DNA of 63,973 nt, the filler included, from Octopus bimaculoides (Eukaryota): NCBI RefSeq assembly GCF_001194135.2. It is 9 parts of 6 records of this genome, joined end to end, with 100 filler letters (N's around TTAATTAATTAA, not from the genome) between each part and the next. Parts side by side here need not be neighbours in the genome. Positions count along the whole stretch, not along the records: positions 1 to 13,494 come from NC_068999.1; 8 more parts are not named here. One strand, 5' to 3'. How positions within the stretch are numbered: position 1 is the first letter of the stretch; each line of letters starts with the position of its first letter. Positions 1 through 10,579 of the stretch are shown here, in pieces. The position numbers and the translations under genes are program-made. The notes below the pieces were generated by a model that searched no databases, was not told the origin of the DNA, and saw only the letters and a list, made by a program, of their open reading frames with translations.

Positions 1-276
1 AGCGAGATCGTTGCCAGTGCCCCTGGACTGGCTTGTGCGGGTGGCACATAAAAGACACCATTTCGAGCGTGGCCGTTTTCGTGCGGGTGACACGTAAAAG
101 CACCCACTACACTCTCTGAGTGGTTGGCGTTAGGAAGGGCATCCAGCTGTAGAAACTCTGCCAAATCAGACTGGAGCCTGGTGTTGCCATCCGGTTTCAC
201 CAGTCCTCAGTCAAATCGTCCAACCCATGCTAGCATGGAAAGCGGACGTTAAACGATGATGATGATGATGATGATG
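1..276 (+). mobile_element. 3' tail of an RTE-clade LINE or RTE-tailed SINE ending in (GAT)n
   Basis: Contains GGTTGGCGTTAGGAAGGGCATCCAGC (RTE/Rex3-like 3' motif) and a (GAT)n tail. A reverse-complement copy lies at 3639-3864. Confidence 0.7.
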
Positions 277-615
277 ATATATATATTTATAAATCTTTAG
301 TTAAATGAATTTACATTGAGTGCTCTATTGTATCAAAGTATTAATACTATTAAAGTATCTATACATTTAATATGAGCGATTATAAATATTATATAATATA
401 TTGTTATTAATATCAGAAAATCAATATTAGAAAATTCTTCAGAAAGATATATACGTGTGTAGAATAATTGTTGTATTAAAAATATAAATATATATATAAA
501 TATATATAAATATGTATAAGTACAAATATATAATAATAAATATGACAGTTTAAAAGTTTCGAATTAAGTTTTTAAAGCATCTTACGATCATTTCACAGAA
601 GTGTTGTCCCTATAA

Positions 616-1240
616 TGGAATCCTATATTGATAAGCATTTATAGACAACTCTACTGCTCCTCAGAGATATAAAATGTGAAATTAGTATAATTTATCAAAT
701 GGTAGTTTTTAAAAAAATATGAAGTAATATTGGAAAATGGTGTTTGTTTGAAATATAAATTAAAAATTACTGCTTTTGATTTTGGTAAGTACACTTTAAT
801 ATGAGAGTCTTGAAATCCATATATGCCTCCTTGGTAAGTCTTCTGCATTAATCCATAATAATTATGTATAAAATCCATTATATTGTCCCATATTCCAAAC
901 ATATTTCTCAGACTTAGATAATATAAAATAATGGAATCCTGTAAGTATTTACAGATAACTCTTCTGCTCCTCAGAGATATAAAATGTGAAATTTGTATAA
1001 TTTATCGAATGGTAGTTTTTTAAAAATATGAAGTAATATGGGAAAATGGTGTTTGTTTGAAATATAAATTTTAAATTACTGCTTTTGATTTTGGTAAGTA
1101 CACTTTAGTATGAGAATCTTGAAATCGATATATGCCCCCTTGGTAAGTCTTCTGTAGTAATCCATTATAATTATGTATAAAATCCATTATATTGTCCTGT
1201 ATTCCAAATATAGTTCATAGACTTAGATGATATAAAATAA
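616..1240. repeat. Diverged tandem duplication, 2 x ~310 bp
   Basis: CTGCTCCTCAGAGATATAAAATGTGAAATT occurs at 654 and 964, and both units end GACTTAGAT.ATATAAAATAA. The minus strand of unit 1 carries an unidentified 83-aa ORF. Confidence 0.85.
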
Positions 1241-2125
1241 AAATATATGTGAAATTATATGTGAAATTATAAAATATATTTATTTATTATCCATACAGGC
1301 TCACAAAGAGGAGGGCATACATAACATTGGGGACATAGAACAAATAAACAAAAAATAACAGAAAAATAAAATTAAAACGTATGATATGATGGAAAAATGA
1401 AGATGAGAAATAGAAATGATGTTACATGGCCCACCAAGTAACATCACTTACTTGCCTTTTTCCTGTTTTCCATTATATCTAGTCCATATCGTTTTTGGTA
1501 ACTTTGTCTACCCTTGTCTGCCTTCTTTCTCCATTCAAGTTGTTAGCACCATTGGTATAACATATGAACAAAGCAGCCAGACAACTATGGCTGTTATAAT
1601 GTCATAAAATTTATTGAAACAGCTGAGACAATTGAAATATCACTGATATTATCTTTTGCTATTCTTTCTAAAGCGGTTTTGTTCTCTTTAGCCTTTTCAA
1701 TGATATATGAAACATTGTACATGGAATTTCTGGAGTTTAACATGATATACATTGAGCTCCAATGTGATTATTCTTATGTTTAAGCACCACATCATAATGT
1801 CATATATATATATATACATATGTAGCAAAAAGGGTTCTTACCATGAAAGATAGAAATATTGGAGAAAAAAGTTCTTGAGTGTGAAGCTGCAAATAAATTA
1901 GAAATTTAGAATATAAGATTATAATAAACTGCTGTGAAAATAATGTAACGTCATATACAATAAAGAAAAGCAAACAACAGTTTTTTGTTTTTTAAATGGC
2001 AAAATTACAACCACAATGTAATTTACACACACACACACACGTTATTAAGCACAAAGAGTCTGATAAAATATATTTTGGTTTGTTCAAGGATACACTAGGA
2101 ATAATTTAGTAATGAAGTAGAGTAA

Positions 2126-2241
2126 ATCATACCAGAACTAGAGAAGAAATTTCAGGTGTGGAATCAAGGTCTGGAATTGAAGGGCCTTAGAGTTAACCTA
2201 GCAAAAACCAAAGTCTTAGTAAATAGGAAAGCAGACAAATC
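2126..2241 (+). mobile_element. RTE-clade LINE RT fragment
   Basis: Translates as ELEKKFQVWNQGLELKGLRVNLAKTKVLV, the typical RTE post-YADD segment (GL..N..KTK). Confidence 0.65.
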
Positions 2242-4255
2242 TTTGAAAGACCATAAGGATAATTTTTATTCTGACCCTAAAGTTAGGCTTATTTGTCCTT
2301 GTAAGTCAGATCTAGGCAAATTAAGTAAGATCATTTTAGATAAATATATCAATAGATTAAATGATATTAATTACCTTAAATTATGGAATAGTACGATAGA
2401 TACTTTAAAATGGTTTAATAATATTAAAGATAAAAATAGATATAAATTTATTCAAATAGATATTGATAATTATTATTATTCTATTAATGAGATTGTACTT
2501 AATAAGGCCCTAATTTATGCAATGAAGAAGGTAGGTATGATTTATGATGAAGTTAATGCAGTTAAAATGGCTAGAAAATCGTTGATTAAATATAATAAGA
2601 AGTTGTGGGCTAGGAAAGACACTAGGGACTATTTTGATATACCAATGGGGGCACCTGATTCAGCACAGGTAACTGATTTAGTAGGTATATATTTATTATC
2701 AGAACTTCAACTTGAAAACTTAAAATTGGGGGGTGGTTTATATAGGGATGACCTCTTATTACTAAGAATTGCACCAATAGAACACTAGAATTATATAAGA
2801 AGAGACTATATATTTTTTCTAAAAGAATGGATTAAAGATTACTATATATAATGAGAACTATAATATAAATTATTTAGATGCTAATTTTAACTTATCAACA
2901 GGTAAAACCCAACCTTACCAAATATATTCATGCGAAAACTAATCACCCACCCTCAATTAAGAAATCATATACTATAGGTAAGAGAATATCATTACTTTCA
3001 TCCAATTTAGAGATCTTCGAAAAACATGCACCTTATTACAATAAAGCCCTTCATAAGGCGGGATATACTAATGATATTCAATTTTTTAATAATCCGAAAT
3101 ATAATGATAATATTAATGATCCATTTAATAAACATAACATTGAGAATTATGATAAGGTCTACTTAGGTAATTATGGTAAGAATAATAGGTATTATGATAA
3201 CAAAAACATAAACATAATTGTAATGGACACACTAACAGGATTAAATTTAATTCATTTAATGATAATAATAAATTTAATAATATAAATAATAAATATAATA
3301 ATATCTATAATAAGAACAAACTTTGGCTAATCATTCCTTACAGTGTTCAGGTTAAAACTAACATTATTAAAAAGATTTTAAATGTAATTGATATATTCCT
3401 TAGAGATAATACAAAATATTATAATGTCTTTTCTAGTAATAATTTGGGTGTAGGTTATTCTACTACTAATAATGTTGGTAACATTATTTCTTCTTTTAAT
3501 AGATTTAAGTTAAATAAGTATTACAAATAAAAATTAAATACTTATTCTAATAATATTAATGAGGACCAGGATATAATTAATTGTACATGTAGAGATAAGA
3601 CGAAATGTAAATTTAATAATAAATGTAATTTGAAGGATCATCATCATCATCGTTTAACGTCCGCTTTCCATGCTAGCATGGGTTGGACGATTTGACTGAG
3701 GACTGGTGCAACCGGATGGCAACACCAGGCTCCAATCTAATTTGGCAGAGTTTCTACAGCTGGATGCCCTTCCTAATGCCAACCACTCAGAGAGTGTAGT
3801 GGGTGCTTTTACGTGTCACCCACACGAAGGCCAGTCAGGCGGTACTGGCAACGGCCACGCTCGAAAGGATGTAGTGTATAAATGTATAGTGACTTTAATG
3901 GATGGGAATAAATTTAATGGTTATAATTTAAATAAGTTTTACATGGGATCGACTTCGAATAAAATTAAATTGCAGATGGCTCAACACATGCATTCCTTTA
4001 AGAATAGAAATTTGATTAATTCTACTGGCCTTAGTAAATATATTTGGGAACTAAAATCTAAAAATATTAAGTACATTTTACATTGGGAGATAGTTTGTAA
4101 GGCGAAATCTTATATAGGTAATAATTTTTGTAAGTTGTGTACTAATGAATTTAAGGAGATATCAAATAATAATAATACTTTGATTGATTAACTCTCTTGA
4201 TGAACGTAAAATTAAATGTAGACATAAATTACATTATTTATATAAGTTTAGCTAA
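2242..4255 (+). mobile_element. Penelope-like retroelement (Neptune/Naiad-type), decayed RT + GIY-YIG endonuclease
   Basis: RT motifs LKDHK..KVRLICPCKSDLGKLSKIILD, IPMGAPDS, GLYRDD; thumb YIHAKTNHPPSIKK; NCTCR..C..KC zinc knuckle; VVYKC..YMGST..HSF..STGLSKYIWELK..CKLC..KCRH. Frameshifted and 5'-truncated. Confidence 0.92.
3639..3864 (-). mobile_element. 5'-truncated RTE-tail insertion inside the Penelope element
   Basis: Reverse complement of the 1-276 family, flanked by AAGGAT duplications at 3633-3638 and 3865-3870. Confidence 0.85.
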
Positions 4256-4288
4256 CTGTGTACATATGTATATGAGTGTGTGTATGTC

Positions 4289-4351
<63 letters not shown>

Positions 4352-4789
4352 GTGTGTGTGTGTGTGTATGTGTATGTATGTATGTATGTATATATATACA
4401 TATATATGTGTGTGTGTGTGCATAATTCCTTTTTACTAATTGTAGTAGTTATAATTTGTAATTATTAATTGTGTATTAATTAGTACGAAATTATTTTAGT
4501 GAATTTTATGAATTGATATTTAAATGACACTATGATTTTAATAAAATAAATAATATAAATATTTTACTTAATTAATTTACTTATAGTATTTTAGCTTCTT
4601 TGATATATATTATATATTTTATGTATCTTAGTCTTATTCTTTAGACTCTAAAATTACTTAGATTTTAAATTTCCATAAAATGTTTATAATACAGTTAATT
4701 TTTTAATTATGATTTAAGTTATAATAAATTTTAATTTTCATTCATGATTTTATAAATAAAACTTTCATTCATGTTTATATACTGACCTC

Positions 4790-5100
4790 AAACTAAGACC
4801 CATCATTGCAGGCCTGATAATAATTTCAAGGCCAGGTTCAATAATCACACCTTGAGCTTCAGGCACTGGGATAAAAGGAAAACGACCAAATGATCCAGTC
4901 ATATATGGTCCTTAAAAGATAAAGGTGTCAGTTACAACATCCATTGGGAGGTCTTAGCCAAGTGTAAGCCTTACACCAACGGCAGTGGAAAGTGCGGTCT
5001 TTGTGATATGAAAAGATGGCTCATCTGGAAAAGCAGCTTAGACCCTGCCACATCTAAATTCAAGAACTGAACTTTTCGGATCATCTCCACATGTGGCTAA
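4790..5100 (+). mobile_element. Second Penelope-like GIY-YIG endonuclease fragment
   Basis: NNFKARFNNHTLSFRH..SSHIWSLKDKGVSYNIHWEVLAKCKPYTNGSGKCGLC matches the PLE endonuclease C-terminal half. Confidence 0.8.
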
Positions 5101-5159
5101 ATATTTGTTACATTTTTGGTCCCCCTGAGATTACAGATAGGACTTGCTTTTTATATTGT

Positions 5160-5390
5160 GTCCATGTACAAGCTTTTTATCTCTCTATACTTTTTACTTA
5201 TATTTCTTATATATTTTTTATATATTTTTTTTTACATATTTATAGAGATATTGTTTTGTGCAAGCTTTTTATTTCTCTATACTTTTTACTTATATTTCTT
5301 ATATATTTTTTATATATTTTTTGACACATCTAAAGAGATATTGTTTTATAGTTTTATTGCTCATATTTTTTACATATATTTTTTCTGTAT
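5160..5390. repeat. T-rich minisatellite (~90 bp unit, ~2.5 copies)
   Basis: CAAGCTTTTTAT.TCTCTATACTTTTTACTTATATTTCTTATATATTTTT and AGAGATATTGTTTT are each repeated. Confidence 0.7.
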
Positions 5391-6124
5391 TTTACCTTCC
5401 ACCCTGCATTTTTCCTCTGCATATATAGACACGTATATGGAATTTTTTGTGCACACATGTGGATGTGTGTGGGTATGTGTGTATAGACGTGTGTGTGTGT
5501 GCGTGTGCGTGCATGCAAGTATGTGCGTATATAGACGTGTATATGAACCTTTTTTGTGTGCGCGTGTGAGTGTGTATATATAAATTATTTTTGGCGAATT
5601 TGTGGATGCGCATGTGTGTGTTTCAAGCGAGTGTGGATGAGCATATGCACATGTATGTGGGTGTCCGTACACACATGTGAATGTATGGATATGCGTGCAT
5701 ACGCATTCACCATGAGCATAATTACTCCTTTACTTTTAATTCTTATTGCTTATTTTTTACACTTTTTTCTGTTTTTGCCTTTAGCCCTGTGTTTTCTTGT
5801 GTATGTGTGTATATAGACATGTGTATGAACCCTTTTAGTGTGCATGTGTATGTGTGTGCGAGTGTGTTTTCGGGAAATTACTGTGTGATATATCAATCAC
5901 ACAGTAATTTCCCTTTGTTTAACGGTCATTCACATAGCATTTTTTTGATGGCTCGATGACTGAAGAGATGCTGGCATGGGTTTCTGCCCCGACATCAGAA
6001 ACTTGGAGTTTTATCATGGCTACTAAATAATTGTCACATATTATATTTACAGATAAATTCCTCTATTTACTTAATATCAAGGTCTCTTTCATTCTTTTGT
6101 TGTCTTACCATTTCTATCAATATA

Positions 6125-6167
<43 letters not shown>

Positions 6168-6186
6168 ATTATATATATATATATAT

Positions 6187-6576
6187 ACTCTTTACTCTCT
6201 TTTTTACTTGTTTCAGTCATTTCATTGCGGCCATGCTGGAGCACCGCCTTTAGTTGAACAAATTGACCCCAGGACTTATTCTCTGTAAGCCTAGTACTTA
6301 TTCTATCGGTCTATTTTGCCATACTGCTAAGTTACGGGGACGTAAACACACCACCATTGTTTGTCAAGCGATGTTGGGGGACAAACACAGATATACAAAC
6401 ACATACATGTATATACATATATATGACAGCCTTCTTTCAGTTTCTGTCTACCAAATCCACTCATAAAGCTTTGGTCAACCCGAGGATATAGTAAAAGACA
6501 CTTGCCAAAGGTGCCACGCAGTGTGACTGAACCTGGAAGCATGTAGTTGCTAAGCAAGCTACTCACACAGCCACTC
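6187..6576 (-). mobile_element. tRNA-derived SINE, family A (CORE-like CCTTGGGCAAG centre, internal microsatellite, TGACTGAAACAAGTAAAAGAG tail)
   Basis: tRNA-like head with A/B-box-like motifs, and homology to copies at 30920, 36074 and 55156. Confidence 0.85.
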
Positions 6577-7686
6577 ACATATATATATTATTTATATNNN
6601 NNNNNNNNNNNNNNNNNNNNNNNNNNNNNNNNNNNNNNNNNNNNNNNNNNNNNNNNNNNNNNNNNNNNNNNNNNNNNNNNNNNNNNNNNNNNNNNNNNNN
6701 NNNNNNNNNNNNNNNNNNNNNNNNNNNNNNNNNNNNNNNNNNNNNNNNNNNNNNNNNNNNNNNNNNNNNNNNNNNNNNNNNNNNNNNNNNNNNNNNNNNN
6801 NNNNNNNNNNNNNNNNNNNNNNNNNNNNNNNNNNNNNNNNNNNNNNNNNNNNNNNNNNNNNNNNNNNNNNNNNNNNNNNNNNNNNNNNNNNNNNNNNNNN
6901 NNNNNNNNNNNNNNNNNNNNNNNNNNNNNNNNNNNNNNNNNNNNNNNNNNNNNNNNNNNNNNNNNNNNNNNNNNNNNNNNNNNNNNNNNNNNNNNNNNNN
7001 NNNNNNNNNNNNNNNNNNNNNNNNNNNNNNNNNNNNNNNNNNNNNNNNNNNNNNNNNNNNNNNNNNNNNNNNNNNNNNNNNNNNNNNNNNNNNNNNNNNN
7101 NNNNNNNNNNNNNNNNNNNNNNNNNNNNNNNNNNNNNNNNNNNNNNNNNNNNNNNNNNNNNNNNNNNNNNNNNNNNNNNNNNNNNNNNNNNNNNNNNNNN
7201 NNNNNNNNNNNNNNNNNNNNNNNNNNNNNNNNNNNNNNNNNNNNNNNNNNNNNNNNNNNNNNNNNNNNNNNNNNNNNNNNNNNNNNNNNNNNNNNNNNNN
7301 NNNNNNNNNNNNNNNNNNNNNNNNNNNNNNNNNNNNNNNNNNNNNNNNNNNNNNNNNNNNNNNNNNNNNNNNNNNNNNNNNNNNNNNNNNNNNNNNNNNN
7401 NNNNNNNNNNNNNNNNNNNNNNNNNNNNNNNNNNNNNNNNNNNNNNNNNNNNNNNNNNNNNNNNNNNNNNNNNNNNNNNNNNNNNNNNNNNNNNNNNNNN
7501 NNNNNNNNNNNNNNNNNNNNNNNNNNNNNNNNNNNNNNNNNNNNNNNNNNNNNNNNNNNNNNNNNNNNNNNNNNNNNNNNNNNNNNGCTAAGTTACGGGG
7601 ACGTAAACACACCACCATTGTTTGTCAAGCGATGTTGGGGGACAAACACAGATATACAAACACATACATGTATATACATATATATA

Positions 7687-7900
7687 TACTACTGGGTTGT
7701 CCAGAAAGTTCGTGCTGATTTATAGTAGCATACCTTTTGACTTATTTTAGAACATGGTTGAGTCCATAAAATAGGAATTGACTACACCTCCATTTACAGC
7801 ACAGTTTAAGCTATCTTTTCGTGGATGAAGGTTAATGTTCCTATAACCTGTCTTAATTTTGTAACCTTTTATAATGGAAGATAAGAAAGTTCATTTTCGG
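7687..7900 (+). mobile_element. mariner 5' end (TIR and start of transposase)
   Basis: TA-CTGGGTTGTCCAGAAAGTTCGTGCTGATTT mariner-type TIR, then ATG MEDKKVHFRH (mariner N-terminus), truncated by an RTE fragment. Confidence 0.65.
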
Positions 7901-8145
7901 CACTTTTTCACACAGCTATCCTCATCCATTCTCGCCACATGACCATACCAGCGCAATTGTCTCTCTTGCACACCACAACTGATGCTTCTTAGGTTCAACT
8001 TTTCTCTCAATGTACTTACACTCTGTCTAGTATGCACACTGACATTACACATCCATTGGAGCATACTGGCTTCATTCCTTGCGAGACTACGCATGTCCTC
8101 AGCAGTCACGGCCCATGTTTCACTGCCATGTAGCATGGCTGTTAT
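7893..8145 (-). mobile_element. RTE-clade LINE C-terminal fragment
   Basis: MLHGSETWAVT..LRWYGHVARMDEDSCVKKC, containing the RTE YGSETW and RLRWYGHV motifs. Confidence 0.9.
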
Positions 8146-8149
8146 ACTA

Positions 8150-8412
8150 TACATATACAATATATATACATACTATATATATTATATATATATATACTAT
8201 ATATATTATATATATATATATATACTATAAATATTATATATATATATATATACTATAAATATTATATATATATATACTATAAATATTATATATATATATA
8301 TACTATAAATATTATATATATATACTATAAATATTATATATATATACTATACATATATAATATATATATATATTATATATACATATACTATATATATTAT
8401 ATATATACATAT
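8150..8412. repeat. AT-rich minisatellite (TATACTATAAATATTATATA..)n
   Basis: Directly visible tandem units. Confidence 0.85.
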
Positions 8413-8414
8413 AC

Positions 8415-8745
8415 TGTGGAGGTGAAATGGCCCAGTGGTTAGGGCAGCAGACTCGCGGTCATAGGATCTCGGTTTCGATTCCCAGACTGGGCGTTGTGAG
8501 TGTTTATTGAGCAAAAACACCTAAAGCTCCACGAGGCTCCGGCAGGGGATGGTGGCGAACCCTGCTGTACTCATTCACCACAACTTTCTCTCACTCTTAC
8601 TTCCTGTTTCTATTATGCCTGTAATTCAAAGGGTCAGCCTTGTCACACTGTGTCATGTGGAATATCCCCGAGAACTACGTTAAGGGTTCATGTGTCTGTG
8701 GAGTGCTCAGCCATTTGCACGTTAGTTTAACGAGCAGGCTGTTGC
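8415..8745 (+). mobile_element. tRNA-derived SINE, family C
   Basis: Head TGGCCCAGTGGTTAGGGCAGC..GGTTTCGATTCCC carries A and B boxes; the body differs from families A and B. Confidence 0.7.
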
Positions 8746-8763
8746 TTACGACGTCAAGGGTTC

Positions 8764-9258
8764 CAACATCACTTTAACTTCAATCATTACTGTTCTCAAT
8801 AAAAGTTTACGTTTTCAGTCGCTAACAAGTTCACATTTACTGATGTAAGTAATTTCATCATTTACTAACAGAAGTACGGTTTCATGTTTCCCTGTTGCTG
8901 AGGTTTTTTTTTTTCTGGTACCTTCGATACTAGCTCTTTGGTTCACTGAGTGACAAATTTCGCTTCAACCTCACTGTAACTTCAATCGTTACTGTTCTCA
9001 ATAAAAGTTTACGTTTTCAATCGCTAACAAGTTCACATTTACTGATGTAAGTAATTTCATCATTTACTAACAGAAGTACTGTTTCGTGTTTCCCTGTTGC
9101 TGAGGTTTTTTTTTTCTGGTACCTTCAATACTGGCTTGTTTGGTTCACTGAGTGACAAATTTCGATTCAACCTCACTTTAACTTCAATCGTTACTGTTCT
9201 CAATAAAAGTTACGTTTTCAATCGCTAACAAGTTCACATTTACTGATGTAAGTAATTT
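8764..9258 (+). repeat. 202-bp tandem repeat (2.4 copies) abutting a Helitron fragment
   Basis: Units start at 8764, 8966 and 9168 (CAAC.TCACT.TAACTTCAATC). Confidence 0.9.
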
Positions 9259-9399
9259 ATCTGGCAACATGTCATATATCTGGCAACATGTCAAGCAGCT
9301 TACTCTGACAATGAACATGAGAGTTCACATTCATGGTGACCTGTTAAAAGCACAGTTCTCCAACAAGTTACTTGACATTGGAAATGGAAAACTTCCACA
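9259..9399 (+). mobile_element. Helitron PIF1-like helicase fragment
   Basis: IWQHVKQLTLTMNMRVH..FSNKLLDIGNGK, the Helitron L..NMR..F...LL.IG.G segment. Confidence 0.85.
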
Positions 9400-9833
9400 N
9401 NNNNNNNNNNNNNNNNNNNNNNNNNNNNNNNNNNNNNNNNNNNNNNNNNNNNNNNNNNNNNNNNNNNNNNNNNNNNNNNNNNNNNNNNNNNNNNNNNNNT
9501 TTTTTTGCATACTGAACTACTTGGCAAAATTGTTAATTATTAATTTTATGAACTAATTGGCAATTCCCTGCCCTATATCTGTATATATAAATATATATAT
9601 ACACACATATATATATATATAAATATAAACAGATGTATGTATTTTTCCCTTGTTTACAATTAACATGGAAAAAATAGATAAATAGTTACCAGGGTAGTAA
9701 AAAATCACTCAAGTAAAAAAGGGCGTAACACCTTGTTTTTAAAGGTAGAAACTCCAGGTTTACGTGAAATATTTTGTATAATATATATAAGTAAATAAAT
9801 GGAGTTAAACGCAGGTGTTATTCAAATTCTTTT

Positions 9834-9922
9834 ACTTCCGACACATGTTTCGAAGATATCATTGCTATTATTCCAAAGGAATAAAATGGTGTAAAACAAT
9901 GTAATTTTCTCTTCAGGGAAAT
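9834..9922 (-). ncRNA. Type I hammerhead ribozyme-like motif
   Basis: Minus strand reads ATTTCC-CTGAAGA-[stem II with CATTGTT/AGCAATG and TATTCC/GGAATA]-C-GAAAC-ATGT-GTC-GGAAGT. Confidence 0.65.
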
Positions 9923-10204
9923 GAAGAAATAAAACTCATCAATAAGATATTTTAACAGAATATGATGGATATGGACAGTGACGAACTGAACGCTATTAAG
10001 TTTTTTTAGAAAAACATTAGAGGATATAACGTCAAAGGTAGCCTATAGAAAGAAGAAGAGTAAAGGAGAAGTATAGAACAATATACAAATTAAATAAAAC
10101 CCTAGTCTTGGAAAAAGATATACCTAGTGAAAGTGAAATGTAAGAAGCAAATGAATGTTTAAATTATATATAATGATGGATATCACTTATATGAACTTCT
10201 GCCA

Positions 10205-10460
10205 ATGTTTACATCGGTAAGCTCGTTCTATAAGCGTGTTTACAAGGGGAATAAATGTAACAGTACAGGGCTTAGTAAATTAATTTGGTATCTAAAAGAC
10301 CATAATAAACAATTTAATTTAGATTGGTTGATTCTCTCAATTTTGTTCCTTTATGATAAAGGCAAGGAATTCTGTCTTCTCTGTAATTCTGAACTATTTT
10401 TTATTCTTTATTCTAAAAATCCCCATCTAAAATGAGAACACAGTACAGCAATAGTCTATG
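10205..10460 (+). mobile_element. Third Penelope-like GIY-YIG fragment
   Basis: NSTGLSKLIWYLKDHNKQFNLDW..YDKGKEFCLLCNSELFFIL. Confidence 0.8.
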
Positions 10461-10469
10461 TTTCAAAGG

Positions 10470-10514
<45 letters not shown>

Positions 10515-10579
10515 ATATACATACTTTCTGTTTTACTGGTTTCAGCCCAGGGCTGAGGTCATGCTGGTGCACCACCTGT

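Noticed and set aside
3560-3640. Possible selenocysteine (in-frame TGA) in the Penelope zinc knuckle, as reported for some Naiad elements
   Set aside because: The knuckle reads NCTCR with ordinary Cys codons, and no SECIS was recognised.
6327-7685. Direct duplication of ~95 bp on both sides of a 1-kb gap
   Set aside because: Near-identical SINE sequence at both gap edges is most likely a contig-overlap artefact.
8415-8490. tRNA-like sequences with A/B boxes (here and in other SINE heads)
   Set aside because: No complete cloverleaf; they continue into SINE bodies, so they are not tRNA genes.
8764-9258. CRISPR-like array
   Set aside because: Units are whole 202-bp tandem copies without unique spacers, in a eukaryotic context.
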